DNA from: Candidatus Firestoneibacteriota bacterium
Lineage (GTDB): Bacteria; Oederibacteriota; D2-FULL-39-29; JBBTED01
NCBI GenBank assembly: GCA_038042445.1
Contig: JBBTED010000147.1
Location: 1-13,615 of the forward strand
Length of the DNA stretch: 13,615 nucleotides
Reading direction: 5' to 3'
In this document: positions 1 to 6,560 of the stretch, piece after piece
How the letters are laid out: every line of letters begins with the position of its first letter
Position numbering within the stretch: position 1 is the stretch's first letter
Made by a program: the position numbers and the translations under genes
Notes under the pieces: generated by a model
Told to the model about the DNA's origin: nothing
Databases searched by the model: none
The model's input: the letters and a program-made list of their open reading frames with translations, nothing else

Positions 1-1
1 C

Positions 2-88
2 AATCATCATTGCTCCAAGAACAGAGCATTCTGCTTCAAGATTTTGAGGAGGAATTTTGTCTGGTGAGGCGCCTTGCGAAACAGCCAT
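2..88 (-). CDS. dnaB: Replicative DNA helicase DnaB, N-terminal fragment (runs off the left edge of the window)
   Basis: Not in the ORF track. Manual translation from ATG at 88 gives MAVSQGASPDKIPPQNLEAECSVLGAMMI, matching the DnaB N-terminal PP(Q/H)xxEAExxVLGA motif. It starts 1 nt after the rplI stop, and rplI-dnaB is a conserved gene order. Confidence 0.93.
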   Translation of the reverse strand, partial: MAVSQGASPDKIPPQNLEAECSVLGAMMI

Positions 89-89
89 A

Positions 90-533
90 TTACTCTTTAA
101 CTACCCAAATTTTTGCGTTGGCAGTTACTTCACTGTGCAATTTTATCGGAATACTATATACTCCCAAGCTTTTAATTGGCTCTTCTAATTCTATTTTTTT
201 CTTGTCAATTTCCACACCTTCATTTTTAAGTGCATCGGCAATATCGGAAGATGTAACAGAACCAAATAATTTATCTTCTTCACCAGCCTTACTTGGAATT
301 GTACAAGAAATTTTTTCTATTCTTTCAGCAAGTTTTAATGCATCTTTTTTCTCTTTTTCTTCTTTTATTGCCTTTCTCTTTTTCTCTTCTTCAATTATTT
401 TTTTAGCCTCCAATGTAGATTGTAAAGCTAATTTTTTGGGCAATAAATAATTTCTCGCATATCCATCACTTACTTTGATAATATCTCCAGTATTTCCTAA
501 ATTTTCTACTTTTTCTCTTAATATTACTTCCAT
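90..533 (-). CDS. rplI: 50S ribosomal protein L9
   Basis: MEVILREKVENLGNTGDIIKVSDGYARNYLLPK and KLFGSVT motifs; SD GAGGTG at 541-546; position after rpsR. Confidence 0.98.
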   Translation of the reverse strand: MEVILREKVENLGNTGDIIKVSDGYARNYLLPKKLALQSTLEAKKIIEEEKKRKAIKEEKEKKDALKLAERIEKISCTIPSKAGEEDKLFGSVTSSDIADALKNEGVEIDKKKIELEEPIKSLGVYSIPIKLHSEVTANAKIWVVKE

Positions 534-659
534 AATAATTCACCTCACAATATTGAACAAATTTAAAATACAAAACAAAAAACAAATATTCACTCAATCC
601 CGTCACTATATATTTTAATAAATCTCTAATTGTCATTATTTATACCATCTTTTCTTTCT

Positions 660-767
660 TGTCATTCCCAACTCAATTGGGAATCCAGAGTCTCATCTAA
701 TTATATCCTGATTATAAATCGCTCATAAAAGACACTGGATTCCCGCTTACTACACGCGGGAATGACA
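660..767. repeat. Inverted doublet of TGTCATTCCC-Nx-GGGAATCCAG palindromic units (CGTC-type REP / dRS3-like)
   Basis: Left unit 660-688 TGTC-ATTCCCAA-CTCAA-TTGGGAAT-CCAG. Right unit 735-767 is the reverse complement of TGTC-ATTCCCGC-GTGTAGTAA-GCGGGAAT-CCAG. Outer pairing extends inward (ccagagtct / agacactgg). Confidence 0.85.
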
Positions 768-784
768 CGCATTTCAACAAAAAT

Positions 785-1081
785 TTATTCTATTGTAAAC
801 GGGAATATACCCAAAATTCTGGCACGTTTAATTGCTTGAGTCAATTGCCTTTGATGTTTAGCACAATTACCAGAGTAACGTCGTGGCAAAATTTTAGCAC
901 GTTCTGTGACAAAATTTTTAATCCGGTTATAATCCTTATCATTTATCCTGAATATTTTTTCAGCACAAAATCTGCAGGTTTTTTTTCTTAGCGGTCCCTG
1001 CGTCAGACTATCTTCTCTGCGCCCTTTTTTCCTATCTTTTTTCTTATCTTTTTTATTTGTCCTACCACCTATTCTACCCAT
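785..1081 (-). CDS. rpsR: 30S ribosomal protein S18 (zinc-binding C+ form, basic N-terminal extension)
   Basis: [39 protein letters not shown]; CxxC plus CxxH zinc ligands; rpsF-ssb-rpsR-rplI context. Confidence 0.98.
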   Translation of the reverse strand: MGRIGGRTNKKDKKKDRKKGRREDSLTQGPLRKKTCRFCAEKIFRINDKDYNRIKNFVTERAKILPRRYSGNCAKHQRQLTQAIKRARILGIFPFTIE

Positions 1082-1086
1082 TTGTT

Positions 1087-1488
1087 TTATTGAGATTCAT
1101 CAACTTGAGATGCCTCTGCATCTGAAGTGACAACCTCCTCCTGTCCTTCCCCTTCTTTTTTCTTTCCTAAAAATTGAACTCTGTCTGCAACAACTTCCAG
1201 AGTACTTCTCTTTTCCCCATTTTCCGTTTCCCAACTTCTACTTTGCAATCTCCCTTCAACTAAAATAGGACTGCCTTTAAATAAATACTCCTGGCAAGTT
1301 ACAGCCTGTTTTCCCCATACTACCACATTAAGATAACATACCTCCTCTTTTAATTCACCTGATTGAGTCTTATATTTTCTATTAACAGCAATACGCAAAT
1401 CAGCAACAGCTGTTCCATTTGCAGTATATCTTAGCTGTGGATCTTTCGTCAAATTACCTATCAGAAAAACCTTATTCATACTTGCCAT
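1087..1488 (-). CDS. ssb: Single-stranded DNA-binding protein
   Basis: [39 protein letters not shown]-fold motifs; lies between rpsF and rpsR. The C-terminus lacks the usual DDxPF tip. Confidence 0.96.
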   Translation of the reverse strand: MASMNKVFLIGNLTKDPQLRYTANGTAVADLRIAVNRKYKTQSGELKEEVCYLNVVVWGKQAVTCQEYLFKGSPILVEGRLQSRSWETENGEKRSTLEVVADRVQFLGKKKEGEGQEEVVTSDAEASQVDESQ

Positions 1489-1497
1489 ATTTTATCT

Positions 1498-1529
1498 CCC
1501 TATACCACTCACTTCGTTCGGGTATAGGG
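1498..1529. repeat. 9-bp inverted repeat overlapping the ssb ribosome-binding site
   Basis: CCCTATACC (1498-1506) / GGTATAGGG (1521-1529) around a 14-nt loop ACTCACTTCGTTCG; the ssb SD GGGAG (1500-1496) shares its GGG with the stem. Confidence 0.7.
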
Positions 1530-1546
1530 CACGCCCTCCTTTTTCT

Positions 1547-1568
1547 TTTGTAGCAACTATGCTACAAA
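1547..1568. repeat. Minimal GTAG...CTAC palindrome
   Basis: TTTGTAGCA-ACTA-TGCTACAAA, a 9-bp perfect stem with a 4-nt loop; contains the same GTAG/CTAC feet as the other REP-like repeats. Confidence 0.55.
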
Positions 1569-1582
1569 CCATAATTAAAAAA

Positions 1583-1894
1583 TTATGATGCTTTCGTTTT
1601 CACTGTTTTTATTTTCTGAGTTGTCATATACCTGATTATTCCGTCTGTTACACGACAACTTTTATCCAATTCAGATAAAACAGAAGGAATAGCTGTAAAT
1701 TCAACATGTACATAATCCCCCTGTTTTTGACCCGAAATTGGATAACTAAAATTCTTTTTTCCTAATTTATTTATTGCTTTTATTTCTCCCTTGTCTTTTG
1801 TAATTAATTGAAATATTTTTTCTATTAATTTATCTATATCTGCATCTGTAAGTTTTTGGTCAAACACTAAAACACTTTCATACTCTCTTTGCAT
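1583..1894 (-). CDS. rpsF: 30S ribosomal protein S6
   Basis: REYESVLVFD, LGKKNFSYPI, GDYVHVEF, IIRYM motifs. Start reassigned from 1927 to ATG 1894 because SD AAGGAG lies at 1910-1905 and the extra N-terminal codons derive from a tandem repeat. Confidence 0.95.
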   Translation of the reverse strand: MQREYESVLVFDQKLTDADIDKLIEKIFQLITKDKGEIKAINKLGKKNFSYPISGQKQGDYVHVEFTAIPSVLSELDKSCRVTDGIIRYMTTQKIKTVKTKAS

Positions 1895-1912
1895 AAGTTT
1901 TAATCTCCTTAA

Positions 1913-1940
1913 TTTTGCAATTTGCATTTTGCAATTTGCA
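1913..1940. repeat. Tandem heptamer repeat (T/A)TTTGCA x4 (a 14-mer x2)
   Basis: TTTTGCA-ATTTGCA-TTTTGCA-ATTTGCA between the tRNA 3' end and the rpsF SD. Confidence 0.85.
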
Positions 1941-1953
1941 TTTTTAACTTTTA

Positions 1954-2027
1954 TGGGCCCTGTAGGGCTCGAACCTACGACCCGCAGATTATGAGTCTGC
2001 TGCTCTAACCAACTGAGCTAAGGGCCC
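1954..2027 (-). tRNA. tRNA with CAT anticodon, most likely tRNA-Ile2 (lysidine-modified); CCA not encoded
   Basis: Reverse complement GGGCCCTTAGCTCAGTTGGTTAGAGCAGCAGACTCATAATCTGCGGGTCGTAGGTTCGAGCCCTACAGGGCCCA gives a full cloverleaf with the anticodon at 1993-1991. G1-C72 is paired and there is no triple G-C anticodon stem, so it is not the initiator. C4:G69 and C5:G68 are the TilS determinants of tRNA-Ile2. Confidence 0.93.
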
Positions 2028-2041
2028 AAAATCAATTTTAT

Positions 2042-2071
2042 ATTTTAGTATTTTAATGATTGCACTGTCAA
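2042..2071 (-). promoter_or_regulatory. Sigma70-type promoter for tRNA-rpsF-ssb-rpsR-rplI-dnaB
   Basis: TTGACA (2071-2066), 18-nt spacer, TAAAAT (2047-2042), ending 14 nt upstream of the tRNA 5' end. Confidence 0.7.
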
Positions 2072-2090
2072 GATTTTAATTGTAGAGTTT

Positions 2091-2708
2091 TTATTTTAAC
2101 GTAAGTGATTTCTTCAAATTTAGCAGATAAAAAGTCACACACTTATATCCAATAAATATCAGCAACATTGCTATTCCAGGCAATCGCAAAACATTCAACT
2201 CTTCACCCATAAATGATATATATATCGTCAAAAGACTGGATGGAAAAATTGAATAATCAAAAAATATTCGCAAAACCAAGCTTGGTTTGTATTTATCTTT
2301 GTTTGCTAACACAGAAACAGACAAAAGAGTTGTAGCAGATATTTTTTTTAAACAACCTAAATACAATTTATCACCGGGAGTATTTTTTAGTTTTTCTTTG
2401 TATTCTTTTGTAAGTTCACCTAATACATTTAATTTTGATGCCAAAAGCATTAAATAATCATGCAGTGTTTCATTGCGTGGATCAGACAGAACCGCCTTAC
2501 GAAACGAATCATAAGCAAGTTTAAAAAAAACATTGTTGTTTTCGCGAGAACCTTTAATATCATAAACTATTCCGAGTTTCATAAGAGCAATTTGGGAATC
2601 TGGTTTTAGATTTAACGCAAAACGATACTCTTTAAGTGCAGCATCTATTGCACCAGCATTAAAATATTTATCACCAGCTTCTATATATTTTTCTAAAGAC
2701 TCTTCCAT
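2091..2708 (-). CDS. Tetratricopeptide-repeat protein with two predicted C-terminal membrane helices
   Basis: TPR-like segments (AGDKYFNAGAIDAALKEYRFALNLKPD; ALMKLGIVY...AYDSFRKAVLSDP); hydrophobic C-terminal stretches (IFPSSLLTIYISFM, LPGIAMLLIFIGYKCVTFYLL). Confidence 0.75.
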   Translation of the reverse strand: MEESLEKYIEAGDKYFNAGAIDAALKEYRFALNLKPDSQIALMKLGIVYDIKGSRENNNVFFKLAYDSFRKAVLSDPRNETLHDYLMLLASKLNVLGELTKEYKEKLKNTPGDKLYLGCLKKISATTLLSVSVLANKDKYKPSLVLRIFFDYSIFPSSLLTIYISFMGEELNVLRLPGIAMLLIFIGYKCVTFYLLNLKKSLTLK

Positions 2709-2715
2709 AATTATT

Positions 2716-2743
2716 GTAGGGAACAGGCATGCCTGTTCCCTAC
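2716..2743. repeat. Perfect 28-bp GTAG...CTAC palindrome (REP-like)
   Basis: GTAGGGAACAGGCATGCCTGTTCCCTAC is exactly its own reverse complement; it supplies the TAG stop (2742-2740) of the PilX-like gene. Confidence 0.9.
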
Positions 2744-4359
2744 TGGACTTCGCGCCAGGAATTTATTGCAATTCCAACAGGAATTAATTTGGAAACATTT
2801 TGTGAAAGTAGAGGATCAAAACATACCTTTGGCGAAGCAGTAACTACGCCTGCAATCTTATATGTCTGACCACCAAAAAATGTTATTGGGCCCAAAGTAG
2901 AAGAATACCCTGCTTTATAACTTCTGGAACCTTGTGCTATAAAACCTGTTGAGGAATATAAAAAACCGTCTATTTTTATTCCTGTAGAATTAATATAAAA
3001 CGCAGTATTCGTTTTTCTGCCGGAATTTATATATATATTACCAGTGCAAACCAAAGCAATTGAATCATTATGAGGATTAGAAACAGCAGGAGTTGGTGTA
3101 ACAGGAGCAGTTGCAGAATATGCAGGGTCTCCAAGTGTATCATAATCATCATCTGAATATAAAATATCTCCAAGTATTTCTATATTTTGTGTTGCTGCAA
3201 TCATTATTTTTTTATTAGTGTTAGCAATACCGGCAACTTCTGGTATTCTTCCATAAATTCCAGCAGTTCCTTCAACATATATTAAAAGCCCATATTGATC
3301 ATCTAAAAAATCTGTATAATTTATAAGCCCCTGACATACATCTTCATCTGTGCCTGTGCCTAAAGCATTCAAATTTATTTTCACAATATTTGCCTGTCCT
3401 GTAATTCCGGCATCTATTGTAAGATTACTACTTGTATAACTTGAACCACCAATTCTAAATGTTGGAAGATAATCTCTTTGAATTACAACTTGTGCATAAC
3501 TTGAATAAGTGGTAAATGGTATTGGTCTTAACTCTGCAGCAAAACCACCATGTGCTTTATCAAACCATGTGCCAAGTGGCCTGCTTGTAGTTGTAACTAT
3601 TGAATATGAACCACTTGTAGAAATATATCCTCTTGCATTTGTAGCACCTGAAGACATAGTATAAACTGTATAACTTGCACCGTATTGCCCTATAGTGCTT
3701 GAAGCCATTGTAACATAAGCATCTGACCAAAATGGATTATTTCCTCCTCCTGGCAATTTACTTGCATTCCAATAAAGTGAACCTCCTACACGCAAAATTC
3801 CATTGCAATGAAACGGACCATCAATAATAAAATTTGTGCCTGCCCATATATCACTGGCAGTAGCAAATAAATTATATCGTGCAAGATTTATTACTGAAAG
3901 ATCTGACTCAACATGTCTTGTTATCTGAGTTTTACTTTTCGCACCTACTGCATCAATAGTAACAGTAGCATCAACCACATACCTGTTATTGCCTTCCAAA
4001 TCAGTTGTTGGCGCAAAACCATTATATCTATAATCTATAGTCGTAGGTACACTTATTGTTCCAGAAACTGTTGTAATAGGATAAGTTGTAGAAATAGGCA
4101 TTGTACCTCCTAAAACATCTATCTGCCTATTACTTATATCACTTATCATCTGATTTACTGCAGCATCTGCTGCTTCAATTGCTGTATTTGTAGCTTTACT
4201 ATGACCTGAAGTTGTAAGATTAGTTTGTGTAACAGTATAATAGGCAAGAATCATCGTAACCATTATTAAAAATACTACTGCTACAAATCCAAATGTAGTT
4301 TGACCATATTCATTTGAGATTTTGCCATTTCTTCTATTGTTCTTTAATAATATATTCAT
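2740..4359 (-). CDS. PilX/GspK-like minor pilin with a large C-terminal extracellular domain
   Basis: Basic leader, then G|QTTFGFVAVVFLIMVTMILAYY (no Glu+5, as is typical of PilX/GspK), AIEAADAAV helix, and a C-terminal SWREV end typical of PilX-like proteins. Start moved to ATG 4359 because the TTG at 4377 lies inside a repeat. Confidence 0.75.
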   Translation of the reverse strand: MNILLKNNRRNGKISNEYGQTTFGFVAVVFLIMVTMILAYYTVTQTNLTTSGHSKATNTAIEAADAAVNQMISDISNRQIDVLGGTMPISTTYPITTVSGTISVPTTIDYRYNGFAPTTDLEGNNRYVVDATVTIDAVGAKSKTQITRHVESDLSVINLARYNLFATASDIWAGTNFIIDGPFHCNGILRVGGSLYWNASKLPGGGNNPFWSDAYVTMASSTIGQYGASYTVYTMSSGATNARGYISTSGSYSIVTTTSRPLGTWFDKAHGGFAAELRPIPFTTYSSYAQVVIQRDYLPTFRIGGSSYTSSNLTIDAGITGQANIVKINLNALGTGTDEDVCQGLINYTDFLDDQYGLLIYVEGTAGIYGRIPEVAGIANTNKKIMIAATQNIEILGDILYSDDDYDTLGDPAYSATAPVTPTPAVSNPHNDSIALVCTGNIYINSGRKTNTAFYINSTGIKIDGFLYSSTGFIAQGSRSYKAGYSSTLGPITFFGGQTYKIAGVVTASPKVCFDPLLSQNVSKLIPVGIAINSWREVQ

Positions 4360-4367
4360 TTTAAGTT

Positions 4368-4417
4368 GTAGTCGCAAGCTTTAGCTTGCGTTTTCGCAGG
4401 CTAAAGCCTGCGACTAC
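4368..4417. repeat. REPIN-like inverted REP doublet, GTAGTCGCA family, copy 1
   Basis: GTAGT-CGCAAGC-TTTA-GCTTGCG-TTTT-CGCAGGC-TAAA-GCCTGCG-ACTAC; a near-identical copy lies at 11284-11338. Confidence 0.92.
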
Positions 4418-4460
4418 CATTATAACAAAATTTAAATGATAGAATTATTGATGTGAACAT

Positions 4461-5096
4461 TTAAAACGTATTGCGTATTGTAACAGAAGTTGTTAATGTC
4501 AAAGTTTTACGAGTTCCTGATTTACTTTTATCCGCTGTTGAAGCAGTAATACCTACTTTAATTACGTTATAAGTATTGTCATAAAAAATATTAAAATCAT
4601 CATATCTAAAATCACTGTTATTAAAATTAGGCATTAGTCCGCCTGATTGCGGATAAGTTGTTGGAGTATTTCTATAAACATCAAAATCCATAATTACAGG
4701 GACTGCACTATAAACAGTAGCGCCTCTGGTTAATCTTTGAAGAAGCCGCCCTGTTTTTCCATTATAAGTACCTATATAATATTCTATTTTGTCATCACTT
4801 GATCTCGTAAAAGGATCAGTTAAACTTGGTATATAAAATGCAACAGGTGATGCAGTTGTAGGATGAACATTTGTCATAGCTGTCATTGTTGGGGCTTGTG
4901 CAATCTGCCTTAATTCTTTTTGCATTGAATTTAAAGTATGAATCACAATTGCAGAATTTTTTGCCTGAGCATCTATTTTAGCATAAGATTTATATACAAG
5001 CATATAAAATGTTGATGTCATTGCGCCCATTATACCAATTATAGCAGACGCAATCATCATTTCCACAAATGTAAAACCTTTATTATTTTTAATCAT
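4461..5096 (-). CDS. Prepilin-type N-terminal cleavage/methylation protein (PilW/GspJ-like minor pilin)
   Basis: Canonical class III signal KNNKG|FTFVEMMIASAIIGIMGAM with Glu+5; MQKELRQ helix; C-terminal TLTTSVTIRN; ATGA overlap with the upstream gene. Confidence 0.88.
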   Translation of the reverse strand: MIKNNKGFTFVEMMIASAIIGIMGAMTSTFYMLVYKSYAKIDAQAKNSAIVIHTLNSMQKELRQIAQAPTMTAMTNVHPTTASPVAFYIPSLTDPFTRSSDDKIEYYIGTYNGKTGRLLQRLTRGATVYSAVPVIMDFDVYRNTPTTYPQSGGLMPNFNNSDFRYDDFNIFYDNTYNVIKVGITASTADKSKSGTRKTLTLTTSVTIRNTF

Positions 5097-6496
5097 CTAT
5101 TTATTGTATTACTTATTGTTACTGGTTGATATGGACTTCCTGTTTTATTTACACTCACTGTAACAATCCATCCTAAAGCAGCACCTACCACATCATCTGA
5201 AGGAGTCAGACTCGTTATAATTGTATAATTCGGATGAGTTCCAGGCGGAGGAACAGGAGCTCCTGGAGTTGAATCAGGGTCAGTAAAACCAATTAAAGAT
5301 TTCACAGTCCAAGAAGATATAACTGCATTAATATTTGTATTTGGTGTAGCATAATTTAAAACTATTTCATTTATATGAAATTTATCACTACTATTTGGTG
5401 TAGTAAGCCCGTCAAAATAAAAATAAATTGTAATTGAAGTTCCTATATCAGCAGCAGTTAAAGTTTTTGTCAATTGCTGCCATCCAGTTGTAGCGCTTGT
5501 AACAGTATTTGAATCCCCACTTGGAAGAGTCATTTTTACAGATATTCCTCCACTTGTATCAGCATTTAATCTAACCCAAGCAGTTATAGTATCACCTACT
5601 ACTGCTGTTGCTGTATTATAATTTCTATAAATATATTGGCCTGATGAACCAGGACCACTTACATATAAACATTTACCATCAGATTCAGTATATGGAAGTA
5701 CCGGCGGTGTAGTAGTAGAAGTATTAACATTAGAAAATGTTATACTTGGCGGCCAGTCTGTCCAACCAGTATCATTGCAATCCTCAAGAACTAAAGTATT
5801 TCCTGCAATTGTATATGTTGCACTTGTTTGCTCTACTTCAACATTTATTATTCCAGTTGATGTATCATTACTTGTAAGATTTACATTCAGAGTTTGCCCA
5901 GCAGAAGGCACAAGCTGAGCTGCTGTATAAGAAGCTTTTATAACATTATTTACTATAACTCTTTCTTCCCTCAGTTTTGTTCCCAAATCTACTAAATTCA
6001 TAGTTAAAGTGCAGCTTATACCAGTAGGCACATTTATGGTAAACATTATCCGCCCAGGTGTATGGTCCCCAGTGGGCCTTGTTACAGGATCAAACCAGCA
6101 ATAATTTCCACTACCTGCATCTCCCCATGCTCCTTGTGTTAAAGTATATGAATATCCTGTTTCTTGCGCTGTTGTTAAATTCGTAAGACAGTTAACTGCA
6201 AGTTGTGTAGTAACAGGAATAGTAACTAAACTTCTGGTAAAGGTTATGTATCCACTTGTTGAATTTACAGATGTATAAAATAAAGGCACCTGAACTCCAG
6301 GAACAAAATTTTCTCCACCTACTGATTTCCATTCTTCAATTCTTTCAGTTGCAAGCACTGTATCAATTGCTTTTTCATTCACATAAACATTTGCCTTAAA
6401 ATAATTAAGAAAAACCCTCATTCCATATAACAGGGAAACACTTAAAACTGCCCCTACAATTATAACTTCTGTCAGTGAGATACCTTTCTTATCCAT
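5093..6496 (-). CDS. PilV/GspI-like minor pilin with inserted beta-sandwich (carbohydrate-binding-like) domains
   Basis: DKKG|ISLTEVIIVGAVLSVSLL with Glu+5, LATERIEEWKS helix, pilin-like terminal strands (WIVTVSV, VTISNTI). ATG 6496 preferred over GTG 6505 because the SD-like GAGGGTGG occupies 6509-6502. Confidence 0.8.
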   Translation of the reverse strand: MDKKGISLTEVIIVGAVLSVSLLYGMRVFLNYFKANVYVNEKAIDTVLATERIEEWKSVGGENFVPGVQVPLFYTSVNSTSGYITFTRSLVTIPVTTQLAVNCLTNLTTAQETGYSYTLTQGAWGDAGSGNYCWFDPVTRPTGDHTPGRIMFTINVPTGISCTLTMNLVDLGTKLREERVIVNNVIKASYTAAQLVPSAGQTLNVNLTSNDTSTGIINVEVEQTSATYTIAGNTLVLEDCNDTGWTDWPPSITFSNVNTSTTTPPVLPYTESDGKCLYVSGPGSSGQYIYRNYNTATAVVGDTITAWVRLNADTSGGISVKMTLPSGDSNTVTSATTGWQQLTKTLTAADIGTSITIYFYFDGLTTPNSSDKFHINEIVLNYATPNTNINAVISSWTVKSLIGFTDPDSTPGAPVPPPGTHPNYTIITSLTPSDDVVGAALGWIVTVSVNKTGSPYQPVTISNTINR

Positions 6497-6516
6497 CTTA
6501 ACCACCCTCTATATAT

Positions 6517-6545
6517 AGTATATGACAATTTTTTGGATTTGTCAA
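6517..6545 (-). promoter_or_regulatory. Near-consensus sigma70 promoter of the minor pilin operon
   Basis: TTGACA (6545-6540), 17-nt spacer, TATACT (6522-6517), about 20 nt upstream of the start codon. Confidence 0.8.
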
Positions 6546-6560
6546 ATTTATCCTAGGTCA

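Noticed and set aside
10..450. 146-aa plus-strand ORF
   Set aside because: Antisense shadow of rplI and dnaB; low-complexity Ser/Phe composition, no recognisable motif.
1547..1568. Intrinsic terminator after rpsF
   Set aside because: On the coding strand the stem is followed by an A/G-rich tract, not a U-tract, and it lies mid-operon.
1895..1927. N-terminal extension of S6 (MQIAKLRRLKL) in the ORF track
   Set aside because: The upstream ATG comes from the heptamer repeat; the SD supports ATG 1894.
1954..2027. Initiator or elongator tRNA-Met, and tRNA as an island integration site
   Set aside because: Lacks initiator features and has TilS determinants, so Ile2 is preferred (elongator Met is not fully excluded). 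No integrase or duplicated tRNA 3' end is seen, and the 3' side is core genes.
3913..4113. 66-aa plus-strand ORF
   Set aside because: Antisense to the PilX-like gene, no supporting signals.
4360..4377. TTG start and MRLQLK extension of the PilX-like ORF
   Set aside because: The TTG lies inside the REPIN; ATG 4359 gives a normal basic prepilin leader.
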